Source: Candidatus Cloacimonadales bacterium
GTDB lineage: Bacteria; Cloacimonadota; Cloacimonadia; Cloacimonadales; JAIOQZ01
Length of the DNA stretch: 64,000 nucleotides
Direction: 5' to 3'
Assembly (NCBI GenBank): GCA_963665815.1
Contig: OY762463.1
Span: forward strand, 1,216,001 to 1,280,000
A program made the translations under genes and the position numbers. Shown in pieces: positions 49,698 to 57,306 of the stretch. Every line of letters starts with the position of its first letter. Within the stretch, counting starts at the first letter, position 1. The notes under the pieces were generated by a model. That model saw only the letters and a list, made by a program, of their open reading frames with translations. It had not been told where the DNA came from and made no database searches.

Positions 49698-52600
49698 ATG
49701 AAATATTTATCAATATTTACTTTGATTCTACTCTGTGCATCTTTTCTGAACTCTGCACCTCTCGAGATATTTGATTGTAATCCCGATACAACAGGAGTTG
49801 AAAATGTATCAACATTATCAAACATTACATTTCATATCAGGGATACAGATCCAAATGGTGGAGTAAATGAAAACTCCATAATAGTGCAAATTCAGGATGA
49901 GATTTATTCTCATACAAGTGCAAACAGCCAATACATCCACTTCATTCCTGTGAACGATCTGGAGTATTATATCGTTATTGACCCTGCAACAAACTTTGCA
50001 TATGGAGATACAGTAAGTGTATCTATTGATGCTTCAGATGTAAATGGTGTTCTGATGCCAACATTTGAATACAGCTACAGATGTATTGTCGATAACCTTC
50101 CACCATACTCTATCGCCAGTAATCCTACTGCAAGGCAACTGCAAGTACCTGTGGACACACCTATTCAGTTTCGTGTCAGAGATATGGAGATGGGGGTTGA
50201 TATTTCAACCGTAACTGCTACAGTAAGGTATCAGAATAACTCTGTTACTTATGGCAGTAATGATACTCAGAACTTTCAGTTCTCGGGAACTCTGGATAAC
50301 TTCCTCTGCCAAGTCAATATGCCGGATGCTTTTGATTTTGGTGATTCAGTTAATGTTGTAATTAATGCGGAAGACCTTGCTGGCAATCAAATGATTCCTT
50401 ATACATACTGGTTTATCTGTTTTATTGATAACGTCCCACCTTATACTGGGGAATACACTCCGGATATTAATTCAATTGACAATCCGGTAAATACAAATGT
50501 TTCATTTAATGTTTATGATCAACATTCAGGAATTGATTTAAATGAACTAAGAATTAAAATTAATGATAACTACTATACACATGTCAGTACTTCTGTAAGT
50601 GTCAATCCTTTGATTGGAGATAATGGCTATCAGGTTATTATCAATCCTATCAATAGCTTTGCCTTTAATGATCTGATTGATGTTACAATCTGGGCTAAAG
50701 ATACTCATGGCAATGAAATGGACTCTGTAGCCTATCAATTTCAGACAATAGCAGACGACACTCCACCTTATACAGGAGACTGGATTCCGGGCAATAACGC
50801 TCAAAACGTACCTTTGAGCACAAACATTCAATTCAACGTTTATGACCTTATTGCAGGCGTCAATCCGAACTCAGTTGTTGTAACAGTTAATAATGACACA
50901 ACTTATACTGTTACAAGCACAGGTGTAAGCTATGTCCAGATTCCAAACGGATATCGATTTACGATAAACCCAACAGTAAACTTTGATTATAACGAGCTTG
51001 TACAAATTGAAATTCAGGCAACGGATAATAACAATAACGTTATGATTCCTTATGATTATTCATTCAGAACAATTCCTGATTCCAATGATCCTCCTATCTT
51101 ACAGCTTCCTGACACATTCTTTGTTAATGAAGATGACAGTCTGGTTGTTGATTTCGATGTTTATACACATGACCCTGATGGGGATGCTCTTGTTATAACA
51201 GTTAACCAGACACCTGTTCATCCAAATATTAATGTCACAATTAATAATAATATGGTAACGTTCAAACCATCCTTCATGAACTGGATTGGTACTGAAAACG
51301 TTGGTTTTACAATTAATGATGGACGAGACAATACAACTGGAACTGTCAGTATTACTGTGCTTCCGGTTAATGACAGACCAGTCATAGTTCTTCCTGATGA
51401 ATTTGTGTTTAATGAAAATGATAATTATCAGATAAACTTCGCTCAATATATTCAAGATGTTGATAACAGCATTGGAGACTTTCAGTTGAACGCCAGCGGA
51501 AACTCAGATATTCATGTATCAATATCTAATACTGTTGTTACATTCTCTGCTGATCCTTACTGGTTTGGTCAGGAAGCGATCACTTTCACTGTATTTGACG
51601 ATGATACAAGGCTTAGTTCATCAGATACAGTACTTGTTAGAGTTGTAAATATTGTTGAAGAGCCTATGATTGATGGACCTTCAAGTATTACCCTTACAGA
51701 AGATACAGCTCAGACATTTGATTTTTCCTATTACATTACAAATAATGATAATATCCCTATAACCCTGACCCAGTCAAACGCTAATGAATTTACTGTAGAT
51801 GTTTCAATAAACGGATATCAGGTTACATTCACTCCGGCTGCCGATTATCAGGGAACAAGAACAATAAGATTTAACTTACTGGACAGCAACAGCAACATAC
51901 TTGATTATGATGATATTGATATTATCGTTACACCTGTTAATGATCCTGTAAGACTTAATCCTGCTTTCCAGAGCTATTTTGAGTTTACTCAAGGATCATC
52001 TCTGAATCTTGATTTCAGTAATCTTATTATGAATCCTGATGAGATTCCATATGAAATGGAACTCTCTGTTGCAGGAAACGAAAACATCATTGTTAATATC
52101 GACAGTCTTATGGTGAATATTTCTGCATCTGAAACTTGGTCTGGTCAGGAAAGGCTTACATTTACAATAGTCGGTGACGAAATAAACGGTACTGATCACT
52201 GGGAATTCGATAAAGAAATTGATATCAAAGTTATCACAACAGTTCAAATAAATCCGTCTTTCAATGATTACTTCACATTCACAGAAGGAACCACCTTCAG
52301 AACAAGTTTTGCCGGCATGGTTACAAATGCTGAGAACTATGCTCTGGAACTCACCTATACGGGAAATTCCTTTATTCAAGTTGATATTGATAGTCTGGAT
52401 GTTTCTTTCTCAGCCCCGGATAAATGGGTTGGAGAAGAGGATATCACATTCAAAATTGCAGGTACTGACCTGAACAGCAGAGCAGACTGGGAATTTGAAA
52501 AAGTAATAAGAATTACTGTTGAACCTGCAGCTGAGAATCTTGGTGAAAAAGTTGAACTACAATACAGGTCAATAACAAGAAATAATGGAAATCAATCCGA

Positions 52601-52826
52601 TATTTACATATATACAGAAGTTGACATTTCGAAGATAAAAGGTAAAATTCTTTCCAGAAGAGGAAAAGTCATTAAAGATTTGAACATTCAAACCCTTGGT
52701 GACAGAAAAGTAACAAACTGGAATACTACAGATAATGATAATAATCTTGTTGATGGTGGTTTCTATATCTACCAGTTCAAAATTGACGACAAGATTTATC
52801 AGGGTAGTATAATTGTAGTAAGGTAA
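49698..52826 (+). CDS. Large secreted repeat protein (4 SbsA/Big_5-like Ig repeats, about 5 cadherin/tandem-95-like repeats) with a type-B-like T9SS CTD
   Basis: Signal peptide; repeats DxxPPY...I.F.V.D...GV; NDPP/NDRP/NDPV repeats; C-terminus ITRNNGNQSD...ILSRRGKVI...WNTTD...GGFYIYQ...GSIIVVR. Confidence 0.75.
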   Translation: MKYLSIFTLILLCASFLNSAPLEIFDCNPDTTGVENVSTLSNITFHIRDTDPNGGVNENSIIVQIQDEIYSHTSANSQYIHFIPVNDLEYYIVIDPATNFAYGDTVSVSIDASDVNGVLMPTFEYSYRCIVDNLPPYSIASNPTARQLQVPVDTPIQFRVRDMEMGVDISTVTATVRYQNNSVTYGSNDTQNFQFSGTLDNFLCQVNMPDAFDFGDSVNVVINAEDLAGNQMIPYTYWFICFIDNVPPYTGEYTPDINSIDNPVNTNVSFNVYDQHSGIDLNELRIKINDNYYTHVSTSVSVNPLIGDNGYQVIINPINSFAFNDLIDVTIWAKDTHGNEMDSVAYQFQTIADDTPPYTGDWIPGNNAQNVPLSTNIQFNVYDLIAGVNPNSVVVTVNNDTTYTVTSTGVSYVQIPNGYRFTINPTVNFDYNELVQIEIQATDNNNNVMIPYDYSFRTIPDSNDPPILQLPDTFFVNEDDSLVVDFDVYTHDPDGDALVITVNQTPVHPNINVTINNNMVTFKPSFMNWIGTENVGFTINDGRDNTTGTVSITVLPVNDRPVIVLPDEFVFNENDNYQINFAQYIQDVDNSIGDFQLNASGNSDIHVSISNTVVTFSADPYWFGQEAITFTVFDDDTRLSSSDTVLVRVVNIVEEPMIDGPSSITLTEDTAQTFDFSYYITNNDNIPITLTQSNANEFTVDVSINGYQVTFTPAADYQGTRTIRFNLLDSNSNILDYDDIDIIVTPVNDPVRLNPAFQSYFEFTQGSSLNLDFSNLIMNPDEIPYEMELSVAGNENIIVNIDSLMVNISASETWSGQERLTFTIVGDEINGTDHWEFDKEIDIKVITTVQINPSFNDYFTFTEGTTFRTSFAGMVTNAENYALELTYTGNSFIQVDIDSLDVSFSAPDKWVGEEDITFKIAGTDLNSRADWEFEKVIRITVEPAAENLGEKVELQYRSITRNNGNQSDIYIYTEVDISKIKGKILSRRGKVIKDLNIQTLGDRKVTNWNTTDNDNNLVDGGFYIYQFKIDDKIYQGSIIVVR

Positions 52827-52830
52827 GGTT

Positions 52831-54291
52831 ATGAACATGAAAAATATACTCGTTTTAATACTACTTGTTTCCCTTTCACTTTTGTTCTCTCATGAATTCG
52901 GAGAGCACGGAGGAGTTCGTAATGCAGCAATGGGCGAAACCGGAATTTCTAACAGTACTGACGTTTCAGGTGCTCAATGGAATCCTGCATTAATCAGCAG
53001 CCTGAAACACTATCAGTTTGTCACTGACTTAAGACAATCCTCAGTCCAGTTAGATAATGATGATATTTACCATAACTTCCTTTTCCTCGGAATTCCTGTT
53101 GAGAATATTGGTACTTTCTCTGTCAGTGGAGGTCTTTTCAATTCTGATGAGTATGAGAATGCCGAATTAAGTTTGAATTACGGAAGAAGCCTTGGAGATA
53201 AATGGGCAGTTGGATTAACTGTTGTAAATTACTATGTAAACTACTCAGGAATATCTGAAACATCATCCGCTCTTGATCTTGGTCTGGGTGCACTTTATCA
53301 TCCTACCGAATATTTCACACTTGGTTTATCAACCAGAAATTTGCTTAGACCGGATGTTGCCGTAGACTCACGTAATGAAGACAAATTGCCTATGCTTGCT
53401 GGTTTAGGAGCAACTTTCCATGCTAACAATCTGATAATCACAACTGATTTTGAATATCAGGACATGCTGAATACAGATGATGAAATCAGGCTTGGACTTG
53501 GTGCGGAATACTCCATATATGATAACCTCGCAATTCGAACAGGTTTCAACAATAACTTCTTTACAGCCGGTTTCGGAGTAAAGATGTATACAAAAAACTG
53601 GTTTGCCAATCCTGACAGGACTAACGACCTGTATAACGTAAATACAGCTTCAATATCTCTTGATTATTCTGCAAGGTTCCCCATTTTCTTTAGTGGTGGA
53701 AATGACCTTATAAGCTTTGAAAATGAAGCTGAAACAGAATATGGAGATCACTTTATTGGGATTACGGTTGACTTTGGTACAGACACAGTTAACAAAGATC
53801 AGCTTGCATATTACTTCCCTGAAAAGTATGGAAGAAGATTCGGTGTTGCAGATACTGTTTTCATCGAAAAAGTTGTTAAAGACACAATCTATCAGGACAG
53901 AACAATAATTGATACTGTTGCTGTTTATGAAAAAATTGTGGATCAGGAGCTTTTACAGGAAAGACTGGAAGAACAACTTGAGATTGTAAAAGTAAAAGAA
54001 TATGACAGTATTAACAGAGCATCTGTTGATCACCTTGTTAATGCTTTACGTTACTACTACAATGCTGAATACAAGAAATCAATTGCAGAATGTGAAAAAT
54101 CAATTGATATCGCTCCTAGATTGTCATTGTCATACATTATTCTCGGATCCATATACTATAAAATGGGAGATAGTGAACTTGCATTTGACTACTGGGAAAA
54201 AGCAAAGAAAGTATATTCGAAAAATGAAGAATTAAATAAAGTTTTAGAAAACATTTATAATGGAATTGAAGATTTCATTCCACAATATTAG
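52831..54291 (+). CDS. PorV/PorP-SprF-like outer-membrane beta-barrel with C-terminal coiled coil and TPR
   Basis: Signal peptide, GVRNAAMG..D...WNPA, LDLGLG, RNLLRPD, LGAEY..LAIRTG; C-terminal TPR pair. Confidence 0.7.
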   Translation: MNMKNILVLILLVSLSLLFSHEFGEHGGVRNAAMGETGISNSTDVSGAQWNPALISSLKHYQFVTDLRQSSVQLDNDDIYHNFLFLGIPVENIGTFSVSGGLFNSDEYENAELSLNYGRSLGDKWAVGLTVVNYYVNYSGISETSSALDLGLGALYHPTEYFTLGLSTRNLLRPDVAVDSRNEDKLPMLAGLGATFHANNLIITTDFEYQDMLNTDDEIRLGLGAEYSIYDNLAIRTGFNNNFFTAGFGVKMYTKNWFANPDRTNDLYNVNTASISLDYSARFPIFFSGGNDLISFENEAETEYGDHFIGITVDFGTDTVNKDQLAYYFPEKYGRRFGVADTVFIEKVVKDTIYQDRTIIDTVAVYEKIVDQELLQERLEEQLEIVKVKEYDSINRASVDHLVNALRYYYNAEYKKSIAECEKSIDIAPRLSLSYIILGSIYYKMGDSELAFDYWEKAKKVYSKNEELNKVLENIYNGIEDFIPQY

Positions 54292-54305
54292 AAAAAGGAT
54301 TTAAC

Positions 54306-55691
54306 ATGAAAAGATCATTCATCATCGTTATGTTTTTGTTTTCCTTCGTTGTTCTGCTAGCCCAGAATTACGATACGGTATATCAGATTGATGCTGAAAA
54401 AAGCCTGGCAGAGCGTATCGAAAAGGTTATTGAACCGATTGCCGGTAAAACAGTCGTAATTGTTGATCTTGAATTAAGATATCCGCCAGAGGGACTTGTA
54501 CCGTTCGGAATGGAACTCGATAAAAAATCTAGTCTTCCGGGAATTCCCGTTGCAAAATCCAAGGGTGTTTTAACTCCAAACATTGCAGATCAACCTACAT
54601 TTCCTACGATTGTAACCAAAAAGAAGATCATAATTTATGCAGACCAGAATCTTTCAGCAGACAGGGAAGCATATATTGCAGAAAATGTTGCCAAATGGTT
54701 TGCTCTTAATCTTCTTGAAAACGATGTTTTAGAGATTCGAAAAGAGTTAGATCTTACAGGTAGCTCAAAAGGGAACTTTTTTACTTCCCCTATCTTCTAT
54801 TTCATTATATTCCTGCTATTGTTGATAGTCTTCTTTGTTATTGCCCTGTTCCATGTAAACAGAATGGCAGAATCAATGAGACATGTTAATATTACAGGTA
54901 TCGACAGTCTTATCAGAATTATGAGTTCAATGCAGACAAAATTTGAGACAATGAGTAACGCTGTTTCAGGACTGGACTATTCTTCCAAGGAACCATTACC
55001 TATACAGGTTATGGAAAAACGTGAAGATGTATACGACGAATCTATGGACTTCCACTTCATTGAAAAACTTTCAATGCCGGAATTTGTCCATCTTATAAAA
55101 GATGAAACTGCAGACAGTGCAGCATTTATCTTGTCTAATCTTTCTACGAATTTTGCCAGAAACTTCTTCCAGGAATACCTTGGCAATTCTGCTGAGATAA
55201 TCAAACACATGACAACCTCAGTAAAACAATCCAAGAAAGATGTTCAGGAACTGAGAGCTAAACTCTATGACCGATTCAAACTTATTGTTGAAGAAAGTCA
55301 GGTTAGATTTGAAGGAGCATCAACTCTTATCAAGGTTACTAATTCACTTCCTACCGGATACAGTTCAGACTTCTATAAACTCATCCAGAAAGCTGATGGA
55401 AAAGCAGCATCTGACATCAGAGATAAAGTGTTCCTGCTTGAAGATGTTGAAAAACTGGATGATAATGTAATTGATCAGATAATTAAGCAATCAGATCATA
55501 ACCTGTTAGTCAAATTCCTTCTCAGTGTAGATGAAAGTCTTCTTCAAAAATTCTTCCAGAATATGTCTGAAAGAAATATCCTGATTGTCAAAGAGGATAT
55601 GGAAGTACTTGGACCTCTATCTTCCGATGACAAAGAAAAGACTAAGAACAGCATGTTAGCAATGATCAGATCAATGCTCAAATACAAATAA
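54306..55691 (+). CDS. Chimeric rotor-like protein: signal peptide, FliF-RBM3-like domain, one TM helix, FliG middle and C-terminal domains
   Basis: FliG-C: AASDIRDKVFLLEDVEKLDD..KFFQNMSER..KEDMEVLGPL. FliG-M: FHFIEKL..LIKDETADSAAFILSNL. N-terminal part resembles RBM3 of the FliF in this window. Confidence 0.75.
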   Translation: MKRSFIIVMFLFSFVVLLAQNYDTVYQIDAEKSLAERIEKVIEPIAGKTVVIVDLELRYPPEGLVPFGMELDKKSSLPGIPVAKSKGVLTPNIADQPTFPTIVTKKKIIIYADQNLSADREAYIAENVAKWFALNLLENDVLEIRKELDLTGSSKGNFFTSPIFYFIIFLLLLIVFFVIALFHVNRMAESMRHVNITGIDSLIRIMSSMQTKFETMSNAVSGLDYSSKEPLPIQVMEKREDVYDESMDFHFIEKLSMPEFVHLIKDETADSAAFILSNLSTNFARNFFQEYLGNSAEIIKHMTTSVKQSKKDVQELRAKLYDRFKLIVEESQVRFEGASTLIKVTNSLPTGYSSDFYKLIQKADGKAASDIRDKVFLLEDVEKLDDNVIDQIIKQSDHNLLVKFLLSVDESLLQKFFQNMSERNILIVKEDMEVLGPLSSDDKEKTKNSMLAMIRSMLKYK

Positions 55692-55701
55692 GGAAAATGT
55701 T

Positions 55702-56439
55702 ATGAAGATTAGCACAATATTAGGTATCATAATCGGGTTTGGAATAATCTTATATGCAGTATATCTTGAAGACGCAATCCAGTATTTTCTGAATCCTCAG
55801 GCAATATTGATTGTTGGCGTTGGAACATTTGCAGCTGTACTGATTTCATTTTCCTCAAGTGCAATCATAGATGCAATCTTTGCATTCTTCGCTATTTTTA
55901 CAAGCTCAGGACTTTCACCCAAAAAAGTCATTGAGATTATTGTGAATCTCGGAAAAGAAGCAAGAACAAACAGCTATGAAAGCCTTTTACTCAGTAGACA
56001 TGTCAAGAATCTTGGAATGCTTGAAAGAGGAATAAGATTACTAAATGAAGATGTTACATCTGATAAAATTGAAACTATCCTCACCAGAGAAAGTAAAGCA
56101 CTATCAGACAGAAACAGAACGGCTGAAAGAGTCTTCAGACTTGCCAGTACATTCTCACCACTATTTGGTATGATCGGAACTGTTATCGGGATGGTTATAA
56201 TGATTAATAAATCATCCAATCCGGATGATCTTCCCAAAGCAATGGGAATAGCTCTGTTATCCACTCTTTACGGACTTATCCTGTCTGGTCTTGTTTTCAA
56301 ACCTATTGCAAGTAAGATTAGAGATAATAACCATACTAATAACAAAGTTAACGACATTATCATCGAAGGTGTTCTGTCAATTCAGAATGGCGAGAATTCT
56401 CAGCTTACAAAAGAAAAACTTGAAACATATTTACATTAG
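55702..56439 (+). CDS. motA: Stator protein MotA/PomA family
   Basis: Four TM helices, AILIVGVGT, EAR, SPLFGMIGTVIG, ALLSTLYG, PIASKI, EGVLSIQNGEN. Confidence 0.88.
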   Translation: MKISTILGIIIGFGIILYAVYLEDAIQYFLNPQAILIVGVGTFAAVLISFSSSAIIDAIFAFFAIFTSSGLSPKKVIEIIVNLGKEARTNSYESLLLSRHVKNLGMLERGIRLLNEDVTSDKIETILTRESKALSDRNRTAERVFRLASTFSPLFGMIGTVIGMVIMINKSSNPDDLPKAMGIALLSTLYGLILSGLVFKPIASKIRDNNHTNNKVNDIIIEGVLSIQNGENSQLTKEKLETYLH

Positions 56440-56447
56440 AGTTTATC

Positions 56448-57032
56448 ATGAGTAATAAAGTAATAAATTTTAAGGGAATTAAAAGATTTACTCAGCAGGA
56501 TACGACTGATGAGGAAAATTGGGTTGATGTAATGGTTTCCTTTGCAAGCCTGATGCTGATTCTTGTTGTATTTTACATGTTCTTTCAATCATATCAAAAA
56601 TTATATGATGAGGGGAAAATTGAAAATGCTGTATATTCTCAAGATTCCACTCGATATGTTTTTACTTTGAAGAATGCCGAATATTTCAAGAGTTACAGCA
56701 GTTCTTTTACCGCAAATGCCGAAACAGATCTGATTCAACTTGGAAAGATGCTTAATTCAAAGATTGAAAATCAAAAAAGAAAATGGCAGATCAGAATTGA
56801 AGGACATACTGATGATATTCCGTTCAGTGACAGTAATTATTCTTCAAACCTGGATCTGAGTGCTGCAAGAGCATCGGCTATTGCGAATTTCTTTATTTCA
56901 AAAGGTTATTTTCATCCGGATCAGCTTCAAGTAGCAGGATATGGAGACTTAAAACCTATGGTACCAAATGTAAGTGATGAGAACAGAATATCAAATAGAA
57001 GAGTAAATATTATTTTGTATAAAGTACATTAA
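56448..57032 (+). CDS. motB: Short MotB-like stator protein with OmpA-type peptidoglycan-binding domain; canonical Asp absent
   Basis: TM WVDVMVSFASLMLILVVF; IEGHTDDIP, SNLDLSAARA, GYGDLKP, NRRVNI. Confidence 0.8.
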   Translation: MSNKVINFKGIKRFTQQDTTDEENWVDVMVSFASLMLILVVFYMFFQSYQKLYDEGKIENAVYSQDSTRYVFTLKNAEYFKSYSSSFTANAETDLIQLGKMLNSKIENQKRKWQIRIEGHTDDIPFSDSNYSSNLDLSAARASAIANFFISKGYFHPDQLQVAGYGDLKPMVPNVSDENRISNRRVNIILYKVH

Positions 57033-57052
57033 TATACAATCTTAAACATATG

Positions 57053-57085
57053 AGACCTGTTGTTTTACAATGGGTCTTTTTTTTT
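57053..57085 (+). terminator. Intrinsic terminator closing the 49698-57032 operon
   Basis: AGACCTGTTGT-ttt-ACAATGGGTCT followed by a T-run. Confidence 0.7.
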
Positions 57086-57306
57086 CAAAATCCCTTCATC
57101 CCTTTACTGATGTCCATTTTCACTATTAGATGATTAGTCTTCATTAAGAAAACAACCCGACTACTATACTTTCAAATAATACATATCAACAATTGAATAT
57201 TGATTATTGAAATTAATTGTTGACTTACTCTGTATATATATCAATATTATGAACACAGATATTTCATTATAATAGAAATATCAAAACACTAAACAAGGAG
57301 AAAAGT

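Noticed and set aside
55702-57032. Zorya (ZorAB) or ExbBD/TolQR interpretation of the MotAB pair
   Set aside because: The A subunit has flagellar MotA/PomA length and motifs with no long ZorA tail, no zorC/D/E lie nearby, the B subunit has an OmpA-type domain unlike ExbD, and the neighbour carries FliG domains.
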